From Octopus vulgaris (Eukaryota): DNA of 64,000 nucleotides. The first letter of the stretch is position 1. Every line of letters starts with the position of its first letter. Below the pieces are notes generated by a model. That model made no database searches. It was given only the letters and a program-made list of their open reading frames with translations, and had not been told where the DNA came from. The stretch spans positions 44,082,001 to 44,146,000 of the forward strand of contig OX597827.1 in the NCBI GenBank assembly GCA_951406725.2, read 5' to 3'. Shown here in pieces: positions 40,745 to 55,865 of this stretch. The position numbers and the translations under genes are program-made.

Positions 40745-41288
40745 AAATTTTAATGGTTATCGACAAAAAATTTTTTGTTTCGGCATATTTGGCATTAGAA
40801 TTTTTCTTCTGCTCTTATCTTGGAAATTATGTATAAATTTTACCTTTAAAGACATTTTTTGATATGCTTGCCACTGATAAAAAATTTTTCCCGAAAAATA
40901 TTTTATCCTATATTAATTATGAATAGATTAGTATTCACTTTCGGATTCTATCACTCTGTGAAAGTTTCTAGTTCGAATCACACGTGTCTCGAGGTGCGCC
41001 GAAGATTTTTCTATTTGGATATATTTGGGGTACTTAAGTCTGCTCGGAACTTAGTGCTTGCTTTTTCCTTGGGTATGAGTAAGTATTTCATTTATATCTC
41101 GCGTATTTGCCGCTGAAGAAGGGAAAATTTCTTATGAATTAACCCCGAAATTGGACCAATACGGTAATAACGATTTTTTTTTAGAGATTTCTATCGGTTT
41201 GTTTCGAGACGCATAAATTTTAATGGTTATCGACAAAAAAATTTTGTTTCGGCATATTTGGCATTAGAATTTTTCTTCTGCCCTTATC

Positions 41289-41303
<15 letters not shown>
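40745..41303 (+). mobile_element. ORF-less 470-bp unit with ~89-bp near-identical terminal direct repeat and a hammerhead (retrozyme/pLTR-like)
   Basis: 40745-40834 matches 41215-41303 (AAATTTTAATGGTTATCGACAAAAAA...GGCATTAGAATTTTTCTTCTG...AAATTAT). The unit ends in (TA)n. Confidence 0.8.
41107..41167 (+). ncRNA. Type I hammerhead ribozyme, intact core
   Basis: TTGCCG CTGAAGA A GGG...CCC GAAA TTGGACCAA TA CGGTAA. Stem I is 6 bp with one G-U pair, stem III is the near-palindrome ATTGG-A-CCAAT, and the cleavage triplet is AUA. Confidence 0.8.
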
Positions 41304-41338
<35 letters not shown>

Positions 41339-41339
41339 G

Positions 41340-41654
41340 GGTAAGGTCTCATTGAGACCCAAAGGTGTCAGTAATGCTGAATAAGTGCTATAGATAGACC
41401 GTAGTTAAGTTCCAGGTTCGGTGATTATGCGAATAAGGGGTTCAACGTTGGTCATATATCAGCGTGTGTATATAAAAATTTCTTTCGTAATGAGATAAAA
41501 AAACCAAGGCTGTGTAGATTTTAGAACACATATAGATAGAAGGGCTTACAGCTGTTTCCAGGATATTTATTAAATCCCGGAAACTGCTGTCAAACCTTCT
41601 ATCTATAAATGTTCTAAAATCTACACACCCTTGGTTTTCATCTCATTACGAAAA

Positions 41655-41660
<6 letters not shown>
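41340..41660 (-). mobile_element. pLTR-like repeat ending in a ~184-bp foldback (41477-41660) with half-hammerhead
   Basis: Same family as 60941-61328 and 7612-7672. Arms are TTTCGTAATGAGAT...TTTCCAGGAT / ATCCCGGAAA...ATCTCATTACGAAA. The minus strand has GAAA CAGCTG TA. Confidence 0.7.
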
Positions 41661-41692
<32 letters not shown>

Positions 41693-41955
41693 TTTTATTT
41701 GCTTCAATCATTTGACTGCGGCCATGTTGGAGCACCGCTTTTAGTCGAACCAATCGACCCCAGGATTTATTCATTGTAAGCCTAGTACTTATTCTATCAG
41801 TTTCTTTTGCCGGTCGTCAAGCGATGGTGGGGTGACAAACACAGACACACAAACACATACATACATAAATACATACATACATACATACATACATACATAC
41901 ATACATACATACATACAAACATACTTGTATATATATATATATATATATATATATA

Positions 41956-44292
<2,337 letters not shown>

Positions 44293-44441
44293 ATATAACA
44301 GCAACTAACGCATAACATCCAAGAAATTAAAACGTTTACCTAACGTTTTTCAATTTTCTCTGTTAAATTAGTTATACGAATTAATGTTTTGCATATATAT
44401 ATATATATTAATTTTTCCACTCGTATATATATATATAATAT

Positions 44442-44473
<32 letters not shown>

Positions 44474-44530
44474 ATATAAATTTATATATATATATATATA
44501 TAAATATATATATATGTATATATATATATG

Positions 44531-44571
<41 letters not shown>

Positions 44572-44573
<2 letters not shown>

Positions 44574-44736
44574 GACTGGCTTCTTTCAATTTCCGTCTAC
44601 CAAATCCATTCACAAGGCTTTGGTCGGCCCGACGCTATAGTAGAAGACACTTGCCCAAGGTGTCACCCAGTAGGACTGAACTCGGAACCGTGTGGCTAGT
44701 AATCAAACTACTTACCACATAGCCACTCCTGCGCCT
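44572..44736 (-). mobile_element. Family-A SINE 5' half
   Basis: CGACTGGCTTCTTTCAATTTCCGTCTACC...GCCACTCCTGCGCCT. Confidence 0.85.
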
Positions 44737-44918
44737 ATTCTAAGTTTGTACAATGGTCTTGATAAAAGTTAATAACACTAACTCTAGTTTCGTCAAAATG
44801 TCTCGTGCAAAATAAGAGAACGATTAGATTCCTTCAGAAATTTCTGGAAATTTCAAACATTGTTTACGTTTGCAGGTTCAACATTACTACCGTCTCAGTA
44901 TTGAGCTAGCTTCCGAAT

Positions 44919-45082
44919 ATGACACACCACGCTAAAGTTACTCCCGACCTCCGGAAAGAAATTATCAGGATGAAAGTTTCAGGAATGACTCTCTTGGCTA
45001 TTTCACGAGACATAAGGAGATCTAAGAGTGTAGTTTCACGTATTCTTAAGCTCTATGAAGAAACTAAAGGTTTTGAACCGCA
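44919..45082 (+). pseudogene. Tc1-like transposase N-terminal HTH fragment
   Basis: MTHHAKVTPDLRKEIIRMKVSGMTLLAISRDIRRSKSVVSRILKLYEETKG fits the pattern R..I......G.....IA..+..S.S.V.RI.....ETG. It is truncated at (TA)n. Confidence 0.65.
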
Positions 45083-45278
45083 AATATATATATATATATA
45101 TATAAAACACAATATGCTATTCAAGTATTAAGGCCGATTTCTCCATACTGTCATAGTGTCCGCTACGTTAAGGGGTCTCCCCCACTGCAAGGTAGCGTTT
45201 ACATCACGGCTCCACCAAACGTCCGTCTGCCTAATAGTATTAGGGTATTACAATCTAAAAAACAAATATACTAATATT

Positions 45279-45394
45279 TTCTTGGTGAGAGGAGCCGAAC
45301 TTATTGTGATATTTTATTTTTTGCACATTTCATCTTCAAATTATGAATATTATGATTATTACGTAAGTCCGGGCTTCCTGAAACAGCTGTCGAG
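45279..45394 (+). ncRNA. Degenerate hammerhead-like motif
   Basis: Stem II AGGAGCC...GGCTTCCT is followed by GAAA CAGCTG TC (palindromic stem III, GUC site). The 5' core reads TTGGTGA and is damaged. Confidence 0.45.
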
Positions 45395-45614
45395 TTTGGA
45401 TATTAAATGTTTTAATCTTTCTTTATTTTCATTTCGTATCTTTTTATGCTCCATGTAAATGTATTTAAATTAAGTTTGTGTTTATCTCTATTGCTACCTC
45501 TCTCTCTTTCTCTCTCTCTCTCTTCTCTCCTTCTTCCCTCCCTCTCTCATGTGTATATATATATATATATATACACATGCACGCACACGCACACACACAC
45601 ACACACGCACGCAT

Positions 45615-45773
45615 GACGGCGGACTGCTTTCCGTCTACTAAATCCACTCACAAGGCTTTGCCCAGCCCGGGACTTTACTAGAAGACACTTGCCCGAGCTG
45701 CCACGCAGTTGGACTGAACCCAGAACCATGTGGCTGGTAAGCAACCTCCTCAACCACACAGACACGCTTGCCA
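45615..45773 (-). mobile_element. Family-A SINE 5' half
   Basis: TTCCGTCTACTAAATCCACTCACAAGGCTTTG...GACTGAACCCAGAACCATGTGG. Confidence 0.75.
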
Positions 45774-46143
45774 TACTTATATATGTTAGTGATATATGTT
45801 TGTATGTATATATGGGTGTGTATACATATGTGCGTGAGAGAGAGAGAGGGATGTGAGAGAGAGTGTCAGTCAATTTTCGAAATGAATCATCTGGTTATAA
45901 AGTGTTCGTTGAGGATTAAAAAAATGATACATCAATTCCTATCCATATAACTAACACACACATACACAGATACTTTCTCTTTCTTGTCTTGTGTGTGTGC
46001 GCGTGTGTGTGTATGTGTATGTATGCGTTTCTTTGCGTGAGTGTCCGTATGTATATACGTATATATATATATACATACATCATACATATATATAAATATA
46101 TATATATATGCATCTATCTATCTAGACATACATACCTACATAC

Positions 46144-46178
<35 letters not shown>

Positions 46179-46196
46179 CTCAAGCACACACACATT

Positions 46197-46247
<51 letters not shown>

Positions 46248-46339
46248 AACGCGTGCACCAGGATAGGGCATTGAACCGGACACTGGATAATTAGATAATT
46301 AAGAAACCTAATCAGGATACACGACAAGAAATTGATTAT

Positions 46340-46663
46340 GCTTCACGGCATTTCGTCCATCTTTACATTCTGAATTTAAATTCCGCTGACGTCGACTTTG
46401 CCTTTCACTCTTTTGTGGTGGTGGTGGGGGGGGGGGTCAATGAAATAAGTACCAGTTGAGTACTGAGGAGCATTAATGTAATTGACTTACCCCACTCCTC
46501 CGAAATTGCTGGCATTGAGCCAAATTGTGAAAGTATTATTATTAGGTCGACTTTGACTTTCAACCTTTCATGGTCGATAAATTTAGTACCAGTTGCGTAT
46601 TAGGGTCGATCTAATCGACTGGCCTCCTCCGCCAAAATTTCAGGCCTTGTGCCTTTAGTAGGA

Positions 46664-46740
<77 letters not shown>

Positions 46741-46768
46741 TATAATCATTATTATTATTATTATTATC

Positions 46769-46822
<54 letters not shown>

Positions 46823-46944
46823 AATATTATCATCATTAACATTATCATCATTATCATTATCATTATCATCATCATCAACATTATTATTATTATTATTATT
46901 ATTGTTGTTGTTGTTGTTGTTGTTGTTATTAATTTAATTTTTAC

Positions 46945-46978
<34 letters not shown>

Positions 46979-47200
46979 GCTAGGATCTTGGAGAATCATT
47001 AGAATCATTGTTTAGCAGTATTTCGTCCATGTTTACGTTCTGAGTTCAATTTCTACCGAGGTCGACTTCGCCTTACATCCTTTCGAGTTCCATAAAATAA
47101 AACCCATTTGAGCACTAGGGTCAATATAATCGACTTGCCTCCTCCCTCAAAATTTTAGGCCCTGTACCTATACTATCATAGGCACAAGGCCTAAAATTAT
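46340..47200 (+). mobile_element. Cluster of family-B SINE fragments around an (ATT)n tract (46663-46978)
   Basis: Repeated GTCGACTTTGCCTTTCA...AAGTACCAGTT...GTCGAT motifs. Confidence 0.7.
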
Positions 47201-47319
47201 TGCTCTTGTCATCTCCATAATTATCATCGTCATCATTAAGTTTTATCAGAGTAGGAGAAACGACGGCGCCTGTGATCCTTTTCAAGGTCTCTGATACTTG
47301 AGAGAGGAAAAGAACGATT

Positions 47320-47428
<109 letters not shown>

Positions 47429-47540
47429 TCAAGTGAATTTGGTACTTAAGTTCAGACACCAGAATTTAGTACGGTATTATTCATACAGTTTCAAAATAAG
47501 GTGATTAAAATCAAAATAAGCAACAGGATATCCAGAGGTA

Positions 47541-47628
47541 ATGCAGTCCGATCGTTTCAAGCAACTCTATTTAATTGAGCAATGCAGCCATTACTTCAAT
47601 TTAAATGCAGGGCAATCCTCAGCTGCGT
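47541..47628 (-). ncRNA. Degenerate hammerhead motif
   Basis: Minus strand: GCAG CTGAGGA ... GAAA CGATCG GA CTGC. The core is canonical and stem III is palindromic, but U16.1 is mutated and stem II is weak. Confidence 0.5.
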
Positions 47629-47773
47629 AAATACATAGAATTAAATGAAATTAAAACAGATCGATACATTAGTATAATTTTACCTAAAACCTCCAAGACG
47701 GTAAGGAGATAGACAAAGAATACGGTGTCTTCACTTCAGCTTAGAAGCTACTAAGGTATCAAGAAAAAAGACT

Positions 47774-47826
<53 letters not shown>

Positions 47827-47834
<8 letters not shown>

Positions 47835-48066
47835 TAAATTAGAGATAAAACCACTATTAGGCAAATCGTACAATGAAAAACTTAAGCCAATACATAAGAT
47901 TAATTAATTTATATTATTAACGATCGTAGTGTTATATTAATTATCTTTTTTATTAATTTTGATATATATTTAAATAATATAATTTAATTAATCTTATGTA
48001 TTGGCTTAAGTTTTTCATTGTATGATTTGCCTAATAGTGGTTTTATCTCTAATTTAATATAATATA
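47827..48066. repeat. Long inverted repeat (~90-bp arms) between (TA)n tracts
   Basis: ATATTAAATTAGAGATAAAACCACTATTAGGCAAATC...AAGCCAATACATAAGATTAATTAA and its reverse complement at about 47972-48066. Confidence 0.9.
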
Positions 48067-48141
48067 ATATTTTACTATAAAATTGGATTCAATCCTAAAT
48101 CTGATTTTTCCCTGTAAGTTTGGATTTATTCCCTAATATTT

Positions 48142-48200
<59 letters not shown>

Positions 48201-48488
48201 CTAGGAAATTAAGTGAAGTTTGAACAATAATCGAAAGGAATTGACCTCAGTATTTGACCCAGTACATATTATATAACCTTCCTACGTCATCAAGACACAC
48301 CACCAGCACCCGAACCCCACCACATCCCCTGGATGGAAAGGGATAAACAATTCAAGCTGGAAACCCTCGAAACCTGGCGCGAAATAATTAGTGAATAGTT
48401 AGTTAATGACAACGAATTCGGCTCAACAAACTAAGCACTCGTTAATTTTGGCAGCGTTCCCATCGAATACAGTGATGAAGAACCGATC

Positions 48489-48568
<80 letters not shown>

Positions 48569-48914
48569 ATAGTAGTGGTAGTCAGCTGTGGTGCTAATGT
48601 TTGTGATGTAAGTAGTATTGCTGGCGGCGGCGGCGATAGTGGTGATGACGGTGGTGGTGGTGGTGGTGGTGGTGGTGGTGGTGGTGGTAGTTGTGTTTGG
48701 GGTGGTGGAAGTGTTGACGGCAGTCATTCAACCCACGAGTTCAATCCCTGCCGAAAGCATGCCTATGATAAAAATGACTTGTGTCACTCAGCCCCTTTCT
48801 GACGGCGGATCCCTAAGACTAAAGCCACCATTTTTAAACCTAACCCCTTATCCCTTTGTTTGCAACTTTATGATGTCATTTCAGGCATACATTTTCTTTT
48901 TTTCTCTTTGGTTG

Positions 48915-49318
48915 TGTTTACTTTTACCTGCTTCATTCCTTAGACTACGGCCATGCTGGCGCACGGCCTTGAAGAAATTCAGTCAAACGAATCAACTCAA
49001 TCTTTCTTTTTTGCTCTATCAGTCTCTTTTGCCGAACACCTAAATTACAGAGACGTAAACAAACCAACACCGGTTGCCAAGCGGTGGTGGTAGAACATCA
49101 CAGATACACACACACACACACGTATGTATGTGTGTGCGTGTGTGAGAGTGAGAGAGAGAGTGTGTGTGTGTGTATTTCCGTCTACCAAATCCACTCACAG
49201 GGCATTGATCGACTCGAGGCTATACTAAAGGACAATTTGCTCAAGGTGCCTCATACTGGGACTGATCCCAGAACCATGTGGTTGGAAAACAAACTTCTTA
49301 CCACTCGGCCACGCCTGC
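48915..49318 (-). mobile_element. Degenerate full-length family-A SINE
   Basis: Both halves are recognisable around an internal (CA)/(TG) tract. Confidence 0.75.
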
Positions 49319-49646
49319 TTGTTATTTTTGTGTTAGTGTTCGTCTTTTCCTGGTCGAAGAACTAAACCAGAGGCGAAATGGTTAACGCTCTTGTTGGAAT
49401 CGACAGCAAATGGAGCTGTGCACAAAACAACAGTATCTTCTTTCAATTAGTTGATTAGTTAATTAGTTATCTAGATTGAACTAGAAATAAAAAAAGTTCC
49501 TTGGTTATGGATAGACCTTGTTCAATCCTGATGACTTCAATCGACAAAAAGGTCAACATTTCGATTTTCGACTCTGTACTATCAATTAGTTTACTGTCGA
49601 ACGTGCTCAACATTGAAACAGATAATAAATACTTTATGCATGCACG

Positions 49647-49680
<34 letters not shown>

Positions 49681-50153
49681 TGTATGTATGTATGTATGTA
49701 TGTATGTATGTATGCATGCATGTATGTATATATGTACGTGCTTACGTACGTAGACATATATATGTATGTATATATATATATATATTTATACACACATATA
49801 CACACATACACATATATATACACATACATATAGATATATGTATATGTATGTATATATGTATATATATATATATCCGTATACATGTGTGTAAAAGTGTGTG
49901 TGTGTTTATCGTGGATTATCTTTTTTGACATATGTACAGAGGCAGACACACAAACAGACACGCAGACAGACAGACACGCAGACAGACTGACAGAGACAGC
50001 TAGATACGTGTGTGTTTATATTTACACACTCACACGCACGCAAACACATACACATATACATAAATACATACATACATACATACATATATGTACGTGTACT
50101 TGTTCATATATATATATATAGAACATACAAAAATATACATACATATACATATG

Positions 50154-50201
<48 letters not shown>

Positions 50202-50837
50202 TACGGAAACACACACATACAAGCATACATATTTAATCTTCATCTGTATTGTGTTTATTTACGGCTATTTGTTAAGATGAACGCTTAGTCATAGCTGAAT
50301 GGAACAAAAATAATAGATTTTAGAGAGTAAATGACGTGGCAATATCACGTGTGCTGCCGAGATCATTGATCCATTGGGTGATAGTAGCGACACCTACTGA
50401 ACACTCTATACATAAGACTGGCGTCCTACTTGAAATAGTAGCCAAATCTCTCACAGTTTACACCCCCACTGTCCGAAATAAAATATCCCTTGAAAAAAAA
50501 ACTTGTATGGTCATGGTTGGAAAGTTATTGGCTGTTGTTCTGTTTAGTCAGTGCTGACCTGAAGTTATACATCATCATCAGGTGGTTACGGAGGCGGTGG
50601 TGGAGGTGATGGTAGAGATGGTTGTGATGGTGGAGGTGGTGGTGTTTGTAGTAGCGATAGTGTTTGCTGCGAAGGTGGTTACCTTGGTGGTGGTGGTCGT
50701 GGTGGTGGTGGTCGTCGTCGTCGTGAGATGGAGGAGGAAGACAACGGCGATGAGGAAATGAAGGCGAAGAGGAGGAGGTGGAAATGAGATAGAAGAGGAG
50801 GAACAGGAGGAGAAGAAGAAGTAGAAGAAGGAGATGA

Positions 50838-50868
<31 letters not shown>

Positions 50869-51037
50869 GAGGGAAAAGAAAAGGAGAAGGAGGAAGAGGA
50901 GGAAGAAGAAGAGATGCAGGAAGAGGAAGAGGTGTGAGGTAAATTAGTTTATAATTAGTCTAAAATAGCTACTAGGTTTGGCAGCATGATACCACTGAAC
51001 TCAGTAGCTATTTCAGCAAAGCGTTTATGGATAGTTA

Positions 51038-51106
51038 ATAGGTAGGACTTTGGCACTGAAGAAGGAGCAATAACTCCTGAAATATGTATATACATCCATT
51101 ACCTAT
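51038..51106 (+). ncRNA. Type I hammerhead motif, intact core
   Basis: CTGAAGA AGGAG caataa CTCCT GAAA TATGTA TA. Stem II is a perfect 5 bp. Proximal stem I is imperfect, with distal pairing ATAGGTA/TACCTAT. Confidence 0.65.
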
Positions 51107-51261
51107 TTCTCTGTCTTCAATTGCATTGTTTACATAAATGTATTCGTATACAAAGCATTGTTAACTTTCAGAGCTGGCTTCTCTTAATTCTATAGAAAAT
51201 CTGTAGAGATACATTTTATATATTTGTGTATGTGTATTGTTTGTTGTTTTTTCTCGGAAGG

Positions 51262-51366
<105 letters not shown>

Positions 51367-51906
51367 ATACACAAATATATACATATACATATATATCTTT
51401 GTATGTATGTATGTATGTATGTATGTATGTATGTATGTATGTATGTAGTTTAGTGCGGTAAAGTTTCCAAATCTCTCTCCAGTATCTCTAGACCTTCGCA
51501 GTCGCATATTCTGGAAAAAGTGATGTTGGCGTGTGTTGCTGTGATGCCTATAATTTGAATCCACAGACTGTACACGTGGTTTTTAAACTGAAATTTGGAA
51601 AAGAACATTCAAGTTTGAAATAAACCGAATTCTCTATGTATTTACATTAAATTTTACAGGCAGCATAACCGAAAACACTGATTCTGCATCTCTTAAAAAA
51701 ACCTTAATCATCCACTTTTCTATCTTGCATTTGGCATCCATACTTTTTTAAGCTATTTTATTTCACCCCCAAGTTTATCTCACCCCCAAGTTTTCTAAGC
51801 TATTTTATCTCACAGCTTTCACTCAAATCACAGGGACTTCCATATACACGGTGAACTCAACCAATGTCGGTGTTTGTGTTCGCTCTTAAACTAAGAATGT
51901 GAGTGA

Positions 51907-52197
51907 AGGCGTGCGGTCTAGTGGTTAGGGTGTTCGGCTCACGACCTTACGGTCGTGAGTTCGATTCCTGGTGAAAGCGCATTGTGTTCTTGAGCAAGTT
52001 GCATTACTTCAGGTTGCTGCAACTCACTCAGCTGGCAAAACTGAGTTGTGCCTGTACTTCAAAAGTCTGGCCTTGTCACACTTTGTGTCACGCTGAATCC
52101 CTCTGAGAACTACGTTAAGAGTACGCGTGTCAGTAGAGTGCTCATCCACTTCCACATTCGACTGGAACCCTCATCGTCGTAACTGATTGCGTACCAG
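51907..52197 (+). mobile_element. tRNA-derived SINE
   Basis: Head GGCGTGCGGTCTAGTGGTTAGGGTGTTCGGCTCACGACC...GAGTTCGATTCC, followed by a SINE body rather than a tRNA 3' end. Confidence 0.75.
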
Positions 52198-52630
52198 TTT
52201 ACACAAGGGGTTCATCTCAAAAACCCCAGGGGACAACTACCGTAGTACACTAGCATCTAAAAATTCGATATTTGCTTGCAATTCATCAGCATAAACCCTA
52301 CTCTATGTATCACGTGACCTCATGCAACGTTATGTAACATTATTCACAATTTTTCTCCCATGAGTAACCCACCAATCACCAACTCTCCTTAACTTGATAT
52401 AGCCTTATGATACGCCCGTATCGTATATCCTTCAACCCCTTATGTTTTGTCCCGATATATACCTTACTCGCTTTCTAAACCCGTATATTCATTATTCATT
52501 ATTCAACAATTAATCTATAACATCAATTAATTTACTTAATCTCCTTAGTTACTTAATTCTTATTTAATTATTTATTTACACGCTCATCCGTTTCCTCGTG
52601 TCCGACCAACAAGCTTTCCATACGTTACAG

Positions 52631-52816
52631 CAGTTCTCCGTAACCTTTTCCCACTTGCGGCACACTTCTATTCTTTTCAAAAGTTTTGCGGCACACCTGA
52701 ACGAAAAATATAACTAAAAGTATAGGGGGAAAATTATATTCAGGTTACACGGCGGCACACCTAACATCGTCTCGTGGCACACCAGTGTGCCGCGGCATAC
52801 CGGTTGCGGAACACTG
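52631..52816. mobile_element. hAT-family MITE
   Basis: TIRs CAGTTCTCCGTAACC / GGTTGCGGAACACTG. 8-bp TSD CGTTACAG / CTTTACAG. Subterminal GCGGCACAC repeats. Confidence 0.8.
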
Positions 52817-52977
52817 CTTTACAGGGTCATTACTGCGGCACTAGTAAAGGTAGATAAATGACAATGGTGTCTTCATAAACCTAGTATTTTACTATTTTTT
52901 CTATATCTTTCTTTTATCTTTTCCTTGCTTTAGTCATTAGACAGCGGCCATGCAGGAGCACCGCTTTGAAGAATTTT

Positions 52978-53303
52978 TATTTTTATTTATTTATGCGCCC
53001 TTTTTCGAGCCTAGCCAGGCTCACGGGCCCGGTTTCCCGGTTTCTGTGGTGTATGTGTTCCCCGCAGCTGGACTGGACGCCAGTCCATCGCAGCGTTACT
53101 CAAGAAACAGGAAGAGAGAGTGGGAGTTGGGACGGGGACGAAAGAGTGTACAACAGGGATCACCACCACCCCCTGCCGGAGCCTCGTGGAGCTTTAGGGG
53201 TTTTCGCTCAATAAACACACACACAACGCCCGGTCTGGGAATCGAAACTGCGATCCTCCGACCGCGAGTCCGCTGCCCTAACCACTGGGCCATTGCGCCT
53301 CCA
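52978..53303 (-). mobile_element. Young tRNA-derived SINE nested in an older family-A SINE
   Basis: Head GGAGGCGCAATGGCCCAGTGGTTAGGGCAGCGGACTCGCGG...TTCGATTCC, an (ATAAA)-type tail and a 13-bp TSD TTTGARGAATTTT at 52965 and 53304. Confidence 0.85.
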
Positions 53304-53804
53304 TTTGAGGAATTTTAGTAAAACTTATTTGCTTCCAGTATTTATTTTTAAAACTCTTTTGCAAGCCTGGTACTTATTCAATCGATCTCTGAGCTAAACC
53401 GCTAGATTACGGAGGCGTGAACAAATCAATGCCGGTTGTCAAGCAGTGATTGAAAGTGGCTGAACACTCCTTTCTCTTCCAGCCAGTCCAACGAGTAGCA
53501 ACTGTGAATTCAGACACGTCTTTTCTCTCCATTTTTCTCTCTCCATCTGTTTTCTCTCCTCGTCCCTTCCCGTGGAAGAGTGTAAACTCGAAACGTTCAA
53601 GATGTCTTCTATTCCACAGGCACGCGTACCCTTAACATAGTTTTCGGGGAGATTCAGCGTGACATAGAATGTGACACACACACTCACACACACACACACA
53701 CACACTGCGTGGCACCTTGAGCAAATGTCTTCTACTATAGCCTCGGGCCGATCAAAGCCATGCGAGTGGATTTGGTACACAAAAACTGAAAGAGCTCGTC
53801 GTAC

Positions 53805-53850
<46 letters not shown>

Positions 53851-54049
53851 ATGTGTGTGACAGACTGTTTCATATACTCGTACGCACTGACCGACCCCCT
53901 CTCGCGCAATGGGTGTGAAGACGTTAGTATAAGCGTATAATGAACGAAGACCTGATTTAGCGCTCGGACTAGTGAAGATTCTTGGAGTTAGAATCATCCT
54001 GCATAACAAGGATTGACTATAAGGACAGTATAACCCGAGACCCAAAATA

Positions 54050-54258
54050 ATGGCTTTAAATTTTGGCACAAGGCCAGCAATTTCTGGGGGACAGGTTAAG
54101 TCGAATACATCGACCCCAATTTTCAACTGGTACTTATTCTATTGACCCCAAAAGGATGAAAGTCCAAGACGACCTCGGCGGAATTTGAACTCAGAACGTA
54201 AAGACAGACGAAACGCCGTTAAGCATTTTGCCCGGCGTGTTAACGATTCTGCCAGCGA
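54050..54258 (-). mobile_element. Family-B SINE
   Basis: GGCACAAGGCCAGCAATT...CGACCTCGGCGGAATTTGAACTCAGAACG...GATTCTGCCAGC. Confidence 0.8.
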
Positions 54259-54409
54259 ACCGTATTAAAGGTTCAAAATATTGACAAAGCTCTTATATTT
54301 GGATCTTGAAGAGAAAACTGAGTTTGCAGCTTGAACGTATTAACGTATCATGCATATGTATTGATAACAATTTCTACTTGTTTGAGACGTGTTATTACAC
54401 CACTATTTC

Positions 54410-54815
54410 AGGCAGCGAGCTGGCAGAATCGTTAGCACGCTGGGCGAAATGCTTAGCGGTATTTCGTCTGCCGCTACGTTCTGAGTTCAAATTCCACCGA
54501 GGTCGACTTTGCCTTTCATCCTTACGGGATCGATTAAATAAGTACCAGTTACGCACTGGGGTCGACATAATCGACTTAATCCTTTTCTCTGTCCTTGTTT
54601 GTTTTCTCTGTTTTTAGCCCCTAGTGGGTAATAAAGAAATAGGTATTTCGTCTGCCGCTACGTTCTGAGTTCAAATTCCTTCGAGGTCGACTTTGCCTTT
54701 CATCCTTTCAGGGTCGATGAAATAAGTACCAGTTAAGCACTGGAGTCGATGTAATCGACTAGCCCCCTTCCCCTAAAAATTTTCAAGGCCTTATGCCTAG
54801 TGTAGAAAAAATTAT
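54410..54815 (+). mobile_element. Family-B SINE with duplicated body
   Basis: Head GGCAGCGAGCTGGCAGAATCG. The tail AAAGAAATAGGTATTTCG re-enters the body at about 54640. Confidence 0.85.
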
Positions 54816-54954
54816 TACATCAGTATTATCACCCGTTGGTTTAATACACATTATTACACCGACCAGTTGCTGAATCTTTGAAACAGTTGTAAAGGCCTGT
54901 TCAGAACTATATTTTCTCTTCGCCGAATATGTTTATGTAACATCTTTTACAAAT

Positions 54955-55328
54955 GCGCAAACGTGATTGTATTGTTAAGGAGCTTGCTTTTCAACTATGA
55001 CGTCTTGAGTTCATTCCACTAACGCCATACCTTGGGCAAGTCTTTTATACTGGCCGCGGGCCTATCAAAGCCTTATCAGTGGATTTAGAAGACGGAAGAT
55101 GAATCTATGTATTTATGCGTGTGTGCCTTTGTGTGTGTGCTTTTGTGAGTGTGTGATTTTGTGCGTGTGCTTGTCCCCCATCACCGCTTGACAATCGTAT
55201 AACTTAGCGGTTCGGCAAAAGTGATCATTAGAATAAGTACTTGAGTGTAATAACTAAGTACTGGAGTCGATTCTTCCATCTACAATGTCCCAGCATGACC
55301 GCAGTTTGATTACTGAAACAAGTAAAAC
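54955..55328 (+). mobile_element. Degenerate family-A SINE
   Basis: CCTTGGGCAAGTC...GTGGATTT...TAACTTAGCGGTTCGGCAAAA...ACTGAAACAAGTAAAA. Confidence 0.7.
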
Positions 55329-55343
55329 ATATAAGATAATATA

Positions 55344-55423
<80 letters not shown>

Positions 55424-55573
55424 TATTGTATATATATATATATTACATATATATATACATATATATATATATTACATGTATATTATATATATATACATAA
55501 ATATATATATATATGCATGTATATATATGTATATACACAAATATGTGTGCATGCGTGCGTGCGTCTGTGTGTC

Positions 55574-55636
<63 letters not shown>

Positions 55637-55647
55637 GCTCACATATA

Positions 55648-55865
55648 CGAGGGGGTTGCAGAAAATTTCCTGGCTCTATGGGTATCACGATTGGAGGCCC
55701 AAGCTTTCGTTTTTTTTTTTTTTTTTTTTTATAGGACTTAGAAAAATTGAAGGACTGTATGAATCTGATGGATCTGAGACGGGAATGTGTTGGATGACAT
55801 CATAATTAACTGATTCTCCTGTATTTTCTTTAACCCAAAGCGAGAAACTTTTTAGCGCCCATTCG
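55648..55865. mobile_element. Degenerate Tc1/mariner-type MITE
   Basis: TA-CGAGGGGGTTGCAGAAAATTTCCTGGCT ... AGCGAGAAACTTTTAGCGCCCATTCG-TA are imperfect inverted ends resembling mariner TIR starts. Confidence 0.55.

Noticed and set aside
49528-49625. CTGATGA followed distantly by GAAAC
   Set aside because: There is no stem I or II complementarity and no palindromic stem III, so it is likely chance.
51907-51985. Possible tRNA gene (also the heads at 53303 and 14036)
   Set aside because: A/B boxes are present but there is no clean acceptor stem, and the sequence continues into a multi-copy SINE body.
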